From sequence record NC_025447.1: DNA of 64,000 bases. One strand, written 5' to 3'. The position numbers were made by a program, and so were the translations under genes. Below, one piece after another: positions 51,068 through 60,370 of the stretch. Below the pieces are notes generated by a model. It did not search any database, was not told the origin of the DNA, and saw only the letters and a list, made by a program, of their open reading frames with translations. Each line of letters starts with the position of its first letter. The first letter of the stretch is position 1.

Positions 51068-51112
51068 ATATCATACTGAAAAACGAATATAACATCTTTA
51101 AGGAGATATATA

Positions 51113-52288
51113 ATGTCACAACTACTAAATGAATCCAAATGGGTAGCAGTAAAAGAGAAACTAGTTGAAGGTCTACAGGGTACTCGTAAGTCTGTAATGG
51201 AAACTGTTCTTGATAACCATCGTAAAGTTATGCTAACTGAATCCGCAACTTCTGGTGCAACTACCGCTGGTAACATCGCTACTCTAAACAAAGTGATTCT
51301 ACCAATTATGCGTCGTGTAATGCCAACCGTTATTGCTAACGAAATCATCGGTGTTCAACCTATGACTGGTCCAGTTGGTCAGATCCACACCCTACGTGTA
51401 CAATATGCTGATAACGCACCTGGTGTAATCGCTGGTGAAGAAATGCTTTCTCCATACAAAATCGCTAAATCTTACTCTGGTGATCTAAATGCGGATAATA
51501 GCAACCCACAAGCTGCTCCTACTAGCCAACTAGAAGGTACTATGGGTCGTCGCGTTAACATCCGTATTCTACGTGAAACTGTTGAAGCGAAATCTCGTCG
51601 TCTATCTGCACGTTGGACTGTTGAATCTGCACAAGATGCTCAATCCCAACATGGTGTTGACGTTGAAGCAGAACTAATGGCTGCAATCGCTCAAGAAGTT
51701 ACTGTAGAAATCGACCAAGAGCTACTAAGCCGTCTACGTGCACTACCTGGTGCTGCTGCTGTAACTTATGACCAATCTAAAGTTACTGGTGTTGCAACCT
51801 TCGTTGGTGATGAGCACGCTGCTCTAGCTACTCTAATTAACCGTCAAGCAAACGAAGTTGCTCGTCGTACTAAGCGTGGTGCTGCAAACTGGGCTGTTGT
51901 TTCCCCAACTGCACTAACCATTCTACAATCTGCTACTACTTCTAGCTTTGCACGTACCACTGAAGGTACTTTTGAAGCACCAACTAACGTTAAGTTTGTA
52001 GGTACTCTAAACAGCACTATGCGTATTTTCGTTGATACCTATGCTAGTGATGCAGAAGATATTCTAATTGGTTATAAAGGAAATGCGGAAACTGATGCTG
52101 GTGTATTCTATTGCCCATACATCCCACTAATGGCTTCCGGTACTGTAATGGACCCTAACACTGGGGAACTCGTTACAACTTTCTTAACCAGATACGGGTA
52201 TGTTCAGTTGACCGATAGCACCAGTTCACTAGGTAACGCTGCGGACTACTACAGCAAAATCGCTATCAAAAACGTTACTTTCATGTAA
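51113..52288 (+). CDS. gp23: Major capsid protein
   Basis: IIGVQPMTGPVGQIHTLR, VEAKSRRLSARWT, EIDQE and FYCPYIPL motifs; extreme codon bias. Confidence 0.97.
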   Translation: MSQLLNESKWVAVKEKLVEGLQGTRKSVMETVLDNHRKVMLTESATSGATTAGNIATLNKVILPIMRRVMPTVIANEIIGVQPMTGPVGQIHTLRVQYADNAPGVIAGEEMLSPYKIAKSYSGDLNADNSNPQAAPTSQLEGTMGRRVNIRILRETVEAKSRRLSARWTVESAQDAQSQHGVDVEAELMAAIAQEVTVEIDQELLSRLRALPGAAAVTYDQSKVTGVATFVGDEHAALATLINRQANEVARRTKRGAANWAVVSPTALTILQSATTSSFARTTEGTFEAPTNVKFVGTLNSTMRIFVDTYASDAEDILIGYKGNAETDAGVFYCPYIPLMASGTVMDPNTGELVTTFLTRYGYVQLTDSTSSLGNAADYYSKIAIKNVTFM

Positions 52289-52330
52289 TTGTAATAGATT
52301 TAAAAGATTTAATCAAAAAAAATAAAAACA

Positions 52331-52361
52331 AAAGGGACTCTTCGGAGTCCCTTTTCTTTTT
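52331..52361 (+). terminator. Capsid operon terminator (cUUCGg)
   Basis: AAAGGGACT-CTTCGG-AGTCCCTTTTCTTTT. Confidence 0.9.
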
Positions 52362-52373
52362 ATTAAAAAACCC

Positions 52374-52402
52374 TTTACACAATGTTCTGGAATGTATATA
52401 AT
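52374..52402 (+). promoter_or_regulatory. Sigma70-type promoter for the homing endonuclease
   Basis: TTTACA-N17-TATAAT. Confidence 0.75.
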
Positions 52403-52434
52403 ACGCACATACACGAAAATAAAGAGACAAAATT

Positions 52435-53532
52435 ATGCCAAACGTAAGTATCAACAAAGAAGAGTTTATCAGCAAAATGACTGCTAAGTATGGTGAATTT
52501 GATTTCAGTACTTTAGTATTCAAAGCAAGTAAAACAACTGTGAAATGTAACAAGTGTGGAAAAGAAAACATAAAATCTGCACTTCGTCACATTGCATGTA
52601 CATGTGCATCATGTTATTCAAACATGTCGCAACGTTCAAACAACGACACATTCATCAGCACGGTAGAAAATAAATTTGGTAAAGATAAATTCAAATTTGA
52701 TAAACTAAATTACACTAACGCTATAACAAAAGTAACACTCTTTTGCACTGATGAAGAGCACAACGATTACTTTGAAATAACACCAAACAAATTTCTTTCT
52801 GGTAAGGGATGTCCTGTGTGTAATAAAAATGAAGCATACAGTACTGAATCATTCACTGCAAAAGTAAAAGAAAACTATGGTGATGCATTGGATTTGACAA
52901 ATACTGTTTATGTCAATCAGAAAACTAAAGTAACGGTTCATTGCACAAAAGGACATCACGACTGGACAGTAGATCCAAAAACTTTAATCGTCGGTAAAAC
53001 TGGCTGTGGTACATGCTCTGGTAAAGGTGGACGAAGTACTGAGCGTTTCATTGAACTAGTATCACCAATTCATAACCATAAGTATGATTATAGCTTGGTG
53101 GATTATACAACAAGTGAGAAGTATGTGGATATTGTGTGTCCGACGCATGGTGTTTTTTCCCAACAACCAAAAGCACATATGGCGGGTAAAGGATGTCCAT
53201 CATGTGGTGAATATGGATATCAACCATCAAAACCTGGATATTTCTATGTTCAAAAACTAACTAACAATGACAAGACGGTGTACAAATATGGAATCACTGG
53301 TGATATGAAACGCCGTGTAAACGAACAAAGTCGTAATTCTGGGTTCGAACATGAAGTACTAGTAGAACGCTACTTTGAAGATGGAAATCAACCATTACTG
53401 TTGGAAAAGTTCATAAAGAAATACATTGAAAGTGGAGTAGTAAGTACTGAAGAGTTGCCGTCAGGATTTACTGAAACGTTTGATGAAAAGTATCTAAAAT
53501 CTGTACTGGAAATTGTAAATAACTTTAAGTAA
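52435..53532 (+). mobile_element. Free-standing homing-endonuclease-like gene (DUF723-type repeats + GIY-YIG/T5orf172-like nuclease)
   Basis: Repeated Cys modules (KVTLFC...GCPVC, CTKGH...GCGTC, CPTHG...GCPSC); C-terminal YFYVQ...YKYGITGDMKRRVNE. Confidence 0.75.
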
Positions 53533-53555
53533 ACAATCTAAAGGAGTTGACACGG

Positions 53556-53906
53556 ATGTTAACTGTATACAAATTTAATAGAGAAGAGTACTTAAAGAGT
53601 CAGTACTCAAACATAGAAATAAATGTTCCTTATGGGACATTAGTTGGTTATGATGAATCCACCGAAACTTTATATTATAATGATGATAGATTGGATTATA
53701 GTTTAGATTCTTTTATAGAAGATATACTAAACACACATACTGAAGATATGTTATATGAAGAATACATAGATCATTATAGGGAACGTATGTCACAATTACA
53801 CTCGGACGCTCCAGTACTAAACATTACACAAGAACCTTCTGAATTTCAGCCCCATAATCCTTTTCAACGTTTAATAGATATTGGTTTGAAATTCACTATT
53901 AGTTGA
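53556..53906 (+). CDS. Hypothetical protein
   Basis: AGGAG RBS, ATG 53556. Confidence 0.55.
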   Translation: MLTVYKFNREEYLKSQYSNIEINVPYGTLVGYDESTETLYYNDDRLDYSLDSFIEDILNTHTEDMLYEEYIDHYRERMSQLHSDAPVLNITQEPSEFQPHNPFQRLIDIGLKFTIS

Positions 53907-53927
53907 TAGATAAATATCTCCATATTA

Positions 53928-54254
53928 ATGATGGAGATTGAATCTATGTCACAGATATGTTATGTTATAATAAATTCTGCATGGCCTGAGTATGTTAAAA
54001 TTGGTTTTACTTCAAAATCAGAAATGACAGAACGTCTAAGAACGTATCAGACTGCTACACCATTTCGTGACTTTGAAGTATATCATGAAGTTCATTTTGA
54101 TGACGCACGTTTAGCTGAAAAAGAGATACATAAAAGGCTTAAACAAATGAATGCAACTAGACAACCAAACACGGAGTGGTTTAAAATGTCTAAAAAGATA
54201 GCAGCAAACATCATTGATTCTGTGTGGGATGATATGGATAACGACTTGCTATAG
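53928..54254 (+). CDS. T5orf172/MUG113-type (GIY-YIG-related) small protein
   Basis: CYVI...VKIGFT...ERLRTYQT...AEKEIHKRL...EWF. Confidence 0.75.
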   Translation: MMEIESMSQICYVIINSAWPEYVKIGFTSKSEMTERLRTYQTATPFRDFEVYHEVHFDDARLAEKEIHKRLKQMNATRQPNTEWFKMSKKIAANIIDSVWDDMDNDLL

Positions 54255-54294
54255 GAATAAATATAGTATATATTAATCATAAAGGGATTTATAC

Positions 54295-55905
54295 ATGAGC
54301 ATAAGTTTTAATAACCCATTGGATACAATGACCAGTACTGGTGCTAATGGATCTTTAGAACTAATAGTGCTTGGTGGTACACCAACTAACCCAAGACCTA
54401 TTCGTTTTAATTCGTCATCAGTTATTATACCAGTACAAACGTTACCTACTGGTGAACAAGGTGCAATGGTTTTTGATCGAAACGAATTAGTTTTGAAGTA
54501 TCATAACGGTACAAGTTGGATTGCAGTATACGATACTGATACTATTTTGGAACCAATTAGAATTTCATTAGATGAAGTAAACAGAAAATTAAATTTAAAA
54601 GTAGAAAGTGTAACATACAGTAGTAGTACTGTTCCTAGTGCAAGTATTAGTGGAACAAACTTAAACATTGTATTCCCTACTGCTTCTAGTGGTGGTTCTG
54701 GTCCAACTGGTCTTTACACTTCACTTAAACCAGGTGCTATTACACAATATTCATTGACTTCTGGTCAATCTGTTGCTAGTATACGTGAACAAATGTCAGG
54801 ACAATCGAATGGACAAAGTGGGAGAAACGGTTCACAAGGTGCTCCGTGGAAAACGTCTGACGGTTGGTGTTTTGCTGATGGTATGTGGTGGCAATGGGAG
54901 GGGGAAAATGGTACAATTACCAAACAAGTACCAAACCTTAACCAAAACGCGTACTTAAAAGGGATATCCACATCAGGTGTAACTAAAACTGATAGTGTTA
55001 TTGGTAGTAGCGGTAATATTAGCGGCACAGTATTAAGTGTTGCCCAATTACCATCACACTCATTTAGTTTTAGTGGGACCACAGGGGCTGCTGGTCGTCA
55101 TGGTCATAGTCAAGCACTAAAAGGTATGGACCGTAGTGGTCTAAATGCGTTAACTTCAAGTAATGATAACGGTATACCAACTGTAATCAATAACATTAAC
55201 GAAGCACCAGACCACATTCACTCATTTAGTGGAAACACTAACACACTTGGTGGAAACCAACCACACTATCATGGTATTAGTAACATTGATGTGGAACACT
55301 TTAACGTTGCATATCTATATAACATTGCTGAATCTAACGTCGCATTGAGTGAAAAAGTTGCAAACACTCGTTATGTACTAAAAACTGGTGATACAATGAC
55401 TGGTTCATTGACTATTGCAAACAGTGCGTCAATTAAGTCAAATGATACATCATTAGTTCTATATTTCCGTAACGCAAGCGGTGGTGAGCGTGCGGCAGTG
55501 TATCATAACTCTTCAAATAATACATTGAGATTACGTTCCGGTGGAGCAGAAGTTACTGTAAACTCTTCTGGTACTTTAGCTGCTCCATCATTAACTGTTT
55601 CTAACAACTCAGCTACTGTTGGTGGTAAAAATATTGTTCGTTCAATTAACGGTACTGCTGCTGATGCTAGTGGCAACGTTACTTTGCAAATTAGTACTAA
55701 TAACGTACAAAGTATTCGTTTGAGTGCACGTATTGAAACAAGTAAAATACCTGATTCTTCATGGACATATACACCAGAAGGTGCATTTATGGATGGCGTA
55801 TGGATTTCTGTTAATGGTAGTTCAGGCACTCACTTAGAACGAATTAGTTATCGCTATGTTCAAATGCAAATAAATGGTAACTGGGAAACAGTACGTCAAC
55901 AATAA
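54295..55905 (+). CDS. Tail fibre protein
   Basis: Collar-like segment (GWCFADG...VPNL), HxH motifs, YVLKTGDTMTGSL, VRSING; followed by a chaperone gene. Confidence 0.8.
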   Translation: MSISFNNPLDTMTSTGANGSLELIVLGGTPTNPRPIRFNSSSVIIPVQTLPTGEQGAMVFDRNELVLKYHNGTSWIAVYDTDTILEPIRISLDEVNRKLNLKVESVTYSSSTVPSASISGTNLNIVFPTASSGGSGPTGLYTSLKPGAITQYSLTSGQSVASIREQMSGQSNGQSGRNGSQGAPWKTSDGWCFADGMWWQWEGENGTITKQVPNLNQNAYLKGISTSGVTKTDSVIGSSGNISGTVLSVAQLPSHSFSFSGTTGAAGRHGHSQALKGMDRSGLNALTSSNDNGIPTVINNINEAPDHIHSFSGNTNTLGGNQPHYHGISNIDVEHFNVAYLYNIAESNVALSEKVANTRYVLKTGDTMTGSLTIANSASIKSNDTSLVLYFRNASGGERAAVYHNSSNNTLRLRSGGAEVTVNSSGTLAAPSLTVSNNSATVGGKNIVRSINGTAADASGNVTLQISTNNVQSIRLSARIETSKIPDSSWTYTPEGAFMDGVWISVNGSSGTHLERISYRYVQMQINGNWETVRQQ

Positions 55906-55915
55906 GGAATGTGTA

Positions 55916-56431
55916 ATGCAACTAACAAATTTTAAGATGTATGAAAAAGAAGGTGGTAATCCTAATTCTTTGTATATGATGTCCGATGAAGGTATGGATT
56001 GGTATGAATCTCGTGAATTGTTTGACATTAATAAAGCAAAATTTATGTATGATACTAATGGTTTAATTGTTTCAGCATCATATAACATTTATGATCTAGT
56101 ACCTTTAGGTTTTAGTGTTTCTGAAATTGAATATGATGGTGATATTAACAAACTTTATGGTATGGTTTACGATGGAAATACTATTCATGACTATATTGAA
56201 ACTAAAGAAGAAAAAATTGAACGCCTAAAAAATGAATTATCTAATTTGAAATACATTGCAATTCAAGAACTTGGACACTTAAAAACTGCTATGGATCTTG
56301 AGTTAGCAACTGATGAAGAAGCTGTATTGTTTGTAAAATTGAAAGATTATGTAACGCAATTGAATTCAATCAAACCAGCAGACATGATCAAGAAAACATT
56401 TTCATTTCCAGTTAAACCGGAAAAAAAATGA
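55916..56431 (+). CDS. Tail fibre assembly chaperone (Tfa-like)
   Basis: SDEGMDWYE, C-terminal LGHLKTAMDLELATDEE...FPVKP; AGGA RBS before ATG 55916. Confidence 0.75.
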   Translation: MQLTNFKMYEKEGGNPNSLYMMSDEGMDWYESRELFDINKAKFMYDTNGLIVSASYNIYDLVPLGFSVSEIEYDGDINKLYGMVYDGNTIHDYIETKEEKIERLKNELSNLKYIAIQELGHLKTAMDLELATDEEAVLFVKLKDYVTQLNSIKPADMIKKTFSFPVKPEKK

Positions 56432-56457
56432 GACAACACGTAAAGACGTGATACAAT
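56431..56457 (+). promoter_or_regulatory. RGACAA-N15-TACAAT promoter (dsbA-like / DNA polymerase)
   Basis: AGACAA 56431-36, TG-A-TACAAT with the hexamer at 56452-57, A8 tract upstream. Confidence 0.55.
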
Positions 56458-56522
56458 TAAGTCATCTCACCGATTGTGGTGAGGTGGCATTTTTTTTGAA
56501 AACACACATGGAGAAATACAAA

Positions 56523-56825
56523 ATGGCTAAATCTAAAAAAGAAGTTAAAGTTGAAATTCGTGATCTAAACGATGAACAACGTAAACGTCTCGGTGATGCA
56601 CTGAACAACATTGTCGTACAACTAACTTTCATTGATGATACCAAAGCATCCTTATCTGATTTTGTTTCTAGTGTTTCTGATGAACTTGGTATCGATGCAT
56701 CTGATATCAAGCAAGCTGCACAACGTATGTACAAAGGTGATTACTTTGACAAACAAAATAAACTCGATAATATCGAAACTATTCTTAGTGTTACTAATAA
56801 TCTTCCACAAGCAGATGATTACTAA
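56523..56825 (+). CDS. Small helical protein, T4 DsbA/GapR-like dsDNA-binding protein
   Basis: GGAG RBS; SDELGIDASDIKQAAQRMYK resembles recalled T4 DsbA KDELGVDGKMFNRLLALYHK. Confidence 0.5.
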   Translation: MAKSKKEVKVEIRDLNDEQRKRLGDALNNIVVQLTFIDDTKASLSDFVSSVSDELGIDASDIKQAAQRMYKGDYFDKQNKLDNIETILSVTNNLPQADDY

Positions 56826-56847
56826 TTAGTACTAAAATATATTAAAT

Positions 56848-56875
56848 AGCCTCCAATGACGGAGGCTTTCTTTTT
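56848..56875 (+). terminator. Terminator-like hairpin just before DNA polymerase
   Basis: AGCCTCC-AATGAC-GGAGGCT-TTCTTTTT. Confidence 0.7.
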
Positions 56876-56904
56876 AACTTAATAAACGTAAGGGAATACA
56901 AACG

Positions 56905-59900
56905 ATGTATATCGATGCTTATATGGAACGTAAACGTACTGGTGATATTCTTCATGTAGTTGAACGTAAGAATGGTAAACGTATTCTACGCGAATTAGAT
57001 CCAGTATATGAATATTATGTTGAATCCCCACAAGGAACACATAAAACTGTTTATGGTACAATGGCTAAACATTTTGAGTTTCAAACTCAAGCTCAAATGA
57101 ATAAAAGTGTAGAGCAACACAAAAGTGAAGGTCTACGTATTTTTGAAAGTGATTGTAACATTACATTTAAAACATTAGCTAAAGAATATATGGGAAAAGG
57201 TTCACCCGATTTGAACATCGTGTTCTTCGATATCGAGACTGATTTCCATAAGAAATTTGGTTATGCTCCACCATCAGACCCGTTTAACCGAGTAACCGCT
57301 ATTTCTCTATATCAATCATGGACTGGAAAGGATTATGTACTTACTTTACCACCTGCTGATATGGAAATTTATGAAGCACAAGATATTGTTCGCCAACTAA
57401 ATGAAGAAACAAACGATCCTAACAGTACTGTAATTTTATATACAGACGAAAAGGAAATGTTTATGGAATTCTTTAGTTTAATTGATGATTCTGATGTTAT
57501 TTCAGGATGGAATAGTGAATTCTTTGATATTCCATATATGATCAATCGAACTAAAAAAATCTTCAATGAAGCAACAACTGCTCGTTGGTGTTTATGGAAT
57601 AAAAAACCAAATTCACGTGAAGCAGACAACTTTGGTAAAACTGTTCAAACATATGATCTGGTAGGTCGCGTCCATCTTGATTATTTGGCTTTGTATAAGA
57701 AACATGCTGGTCAAGTTGAACAATCTTATAAACTAGATTATATTGCTGAAAAAGTAACTAAAGAAAATAAAGTATCATATGAAGGTTCATTGGATAAACT
57801 TTACAGAGAGGATTACATTACTTTCTTGCGTTATTCTAAACAGGATAGTATTCTTCTTAAAAAGATTGATGCTAAATGTGACTATATCAACCTACACAAT
57901 CGACTTGCACACAAAGAATGTGTACTTATCAGTACAACAATGGGTTCAGTAGCACTAATCGACACTGCTATTATCAACTTAGCACATACTCGTGGTGAAG
58001 TTGTTTTCAACAAAGCACCGAAAGATGATCTTGAGTTTGATCCAGAAATGGAATATTATGGTGAAGATGGTGAAGATGAAGATGAGAAAATTAGTGCAAA
58101 AGCAGCAGGTGCATGGGTACAAGATCCAGTACTAGGACTTGTAAGTGACCTTGGGTGTACTGACTTTAACTCTCTTTACCCTACTGTTCTACGTACTTTG
58201 GGTATGAGTACTGAATGTATTCTTGGTCAATTACGTCAAGATTACACCGATGCGTATCTTGCAGCTAAAATCCAAGAACAGAAGAACAAATCTAAATCTA
58301 AATCATTTGAACCAGATTGGACTGCGGCATGGCATGGTTTATTTGCTGCTGTTGAATTTACAATGGTTCATGAAAAGTCAGAAGAAACATTGATTGTTGA
58401 TTTAGAAGATGGGAGTTCTTTTAAAGCAACGGGCAAAGAGCTATATGATATTATTTTTGCAGAAGATAGTACTATTGTACTTAGTGCAAACGGAACACTT
58501 TTTGATAAGTCTAAGTCTGGTGTAATTCCTGACATTCTAACTCAATGGTATTCTGAACGTAAAGCACAGCAAAAAATGGTCATTGACTACAAACATATGT
58601 ATACTGATGGTTGGGAGTTTAATGGCTATGAAAAAGTCGAACCACTACTATCAAACTATACCCCTGGTACAATGTTTAGAACTAATATTCATGATAATGA
58701 TCCTGTATACTTACTTCGTAAAGAAATTGGTAAAGGACAGTGGGATGAAGTTGCTAAGTTGATTGTAGAAAACGGATTAGTACTAAAAGATGGTCGTATT
58801 TTCTGTCCTAAAGAAGAAAAAGATTACTTCAAACAACGTAGTGCTTTCTGGAAACAGAACCAACAGATTCGTAAGATTCTTCTAAACAGTCTATATGGTG
58901 CACTATTGAACAAAGGTTCTCGTTTTTTTGACAAACGTTTAGGTCAATCCGTAACATTAACTGGACGTTCTATGACCAAACATATGGCAAGTCGTATCAA
59001 TGAAATTACTACTGGTGTATATAACCACCAAGGTGGTTCAGTAATTTATGGTGATACTGACTCAGTTTACTTTAGTGTAACTCATTATCTGAAAGAACAA
59101 GGTATTCCATATAATCTATCTAAAGAAGAGATTGTTGATATGTATATTAAAATTGGTGAAGAAGTTGGTGAATCTTTCCCATCATTTATGCATGAGATGT
59201 TCAACACTGGTATTGAAAAAGGTAAGATTGTTGGTGCAGACCTTGAGATGGTTGGTTCGCGTGGCCTATTCTTGAAGAAAAAACGTTATGCAATTCTGAA
59301 GTACTGGGAAGATGGGTTCCGTAAAGATATTGATGGTAAACCAGGTGAAATCAAAGCGATGGGTCTTGAAATTAAACGCTCAGACACGCCAAAATACATC
59401 CAGAACTTCCTAGAAGAGACTCTAATCGCATTACTGGTAGGTGAGAGTGAACAACAGCTAAAACAGCGTGTACGTGAGTTTAAGGACGTATTTAAGGATA
59501 TGCCTGTACATGAAAAAGGTTCACCAAAAACTGTAAAAAACTACACTAATTTAGAGGCTGAATATCAGCTAACTGGTAAGTGTAAAGTTGGTCACGTTCT
59601 TGCTGGTATCCAATGGAACCGTCTACGTGAAGTTTATGATGATAAATCTGTTCCAGAAGTAACAGATGGAACAAAAGTAATTGTCTGTAACTTAAAAGAT
59701 AATCCTATGGGAATTAAAGCAGTTGGTTATCCAATTGACTGTGTTGAGTATCTTCCAGAATGGTTCTTGGAACTACCATTTGATACTGAAAAAATGGAAG
59801 AGATTGTTCTAACTAAAAAATTAGAGAATATTTTTGGTATTTTGGATATGGATATTGGTATTCATGAAAAAAGTACTGCGTCAGTAAACAATGGATTCTT

Positions 59901-59910
59901 CACTTGGTAA
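56905..59910 (+). CDS. gp43: Family B DNA polymerase
   Basis: Exo motifs DIETD, GWNSEFFDIPY, YSKQD; pol motifs DFNSLYP, KILLNSLYG, YGDTDS, KKRYA. Confidence 0.97.
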   Translation: MYIDAYMERKRTGDILHVVERKNGKRILRELDPVYEYYVESPQGTHKTVYGTMAKHFEFQTQAQMNKSVEQHKSEGLRIFESDCNITFKTLAKEYMGKGSPDLNIVFFDIETDFHKKFGYAPPSDPFNRVTAISLYQSWTGKDYVLTLPPADMEIYEAQDIVRQLNEETNDPNSTVILYTDEKEMFMEFFSLIDDSDVISGWNSEFFDIPYMINRTKKIFNEATTARWCLWNKKPNSREADNFGKTVQTYDLVGRVHLDYLALYKKHAGQVEQSYKLDYIAEKVTKENKVSYEGSLDKLYREDYITFLRYSKQDSILLKKIDAKCDYINLHNRLAHKECVLISTTMGSVALIDTAIINLAHTRGEVVFNKAPKDDLEFDPEMEYYGEDGEDEDEKISAKAAGAWVQDPVLGLVSDLGCTDFNSLYPTVLRTLGMSTECILGQLRQDYTDAYLAAKIQEQKNKSKSKSFEPDWTAAWHGLFAAVEFTMVHEKSEETLIVDLEDGSSFKATGKELYDIIFAEDSTIVLSANGTLFDKSKSGVIPDILTQWYSERKAQQKMVIDYKHMYTDGWEFNGYEKVEPLLSNYTPGTMFRTNIHDNDPVYLLRKEIGKGQWDEVAKLIVENGLVLKDGRIFCPKEEKDYFKQRSAFWKQNQQIRKILLNSLYGALLNKGSRFFDKRLGQSVTLTGRSMTKHMASRINEITTGVYNHQGGSVIYGDTDSVYFSVTHYLKEQGIPYNLSKEEIVDMYIKIGEEVGESFPSFMHEMFNTGIEKGKIVGADLEMVGSRGLFLKKKRYAILKYWEDGFRKDIDGKPGEIKAMGLEIKRSDTPKYIQNFLEETLIALLVGESEQQLKQRVREFKDVFKDMPVHEKGSPKTVKNYTNLEAEYQLTGKCKVGHVLAGIQWNRLREVYDDKSVPEVTDGTKVIVCNLKDNPMGIKAVGYPIDCVEYLPEWFLELPFDTEKMEEIVLTKKLENIFGILDMDIGIHEKSTASVNNGFFTW

Positions 59911-59921
59911 GGAGTAATAAT

Positions 59922-60071
59922 ATGGTTATTGTAAATGAAATTGAACTAAACTATGACGAAGTAAACGATACTTTCACTAATGAGATGTTGAATCTTACTG
60001 AAGAAAGTGTAAATGAGGCATGGGAAAAATATGTAGAATGGACTTCATTACAAGGTAAAAATGATGAGTAA
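59922..60071 (+). CDS. Small acidic hypothetical protein (49 aa, below ORF-track cutoff)
   Basis: GGAG RBS, MVIVNEIELNYDEVNDTF...QGKNDE*; fills the gap after the polymerase. Confidence 0.55.
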   Translation: MVIVNEIELNYDEVNDTFTNEMLNLTEESVNEAWEKYVEWTSLQGKNDE

Positions 60072-60360
60072 TATATATAAGCGTATTGGTGAAGTATTAG
60101 AAGGTAATGGTATCATTAATTCTGTACTAGCGTATGATAATGATGAAGAAGTAGTTCTAATTGGTGCGGGTTTTACTCGCACTGGTTCCGTGGAAGTTGA
60201 CGGAGAGATTGCTGATGTTTACACTCTTGTGAAAAAGCGTAAAGTTGTTTTTGTCGATGATGTACATACATTAAAAGACTTGAAAAAATTACGCGATAAA
60301 ATTGGCATGAGTTCTACAATTGATAAGCCTTATCTTCAACGTTGGAATACAAAATACTGA
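60061..60360 (+). CDS. Hypothetical protein, 99 aa
   Basis: ORF overlapping the previous small gene. Confidence 0.55.
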   Translation: MMSNIYKRIGEVLEGNGIINSVLAYDNDEEVVLIGAGFTRTGSVEVDGEIADVYTLVKKRKVVFVDDVHTLKDLKKLRDKIGMSSTIDKPYLQRWNTKY

Positions 60361-60370
60361 TAAAAAATTG

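Noticed and set aside
58560-58860. Possible intein or insertion in the DNA polymerase fingers
   Set aside because: No Cys/Ser...His-Asn splice junctions or LAGLIDADG motifs; T4-type polymerases have long fingers here.
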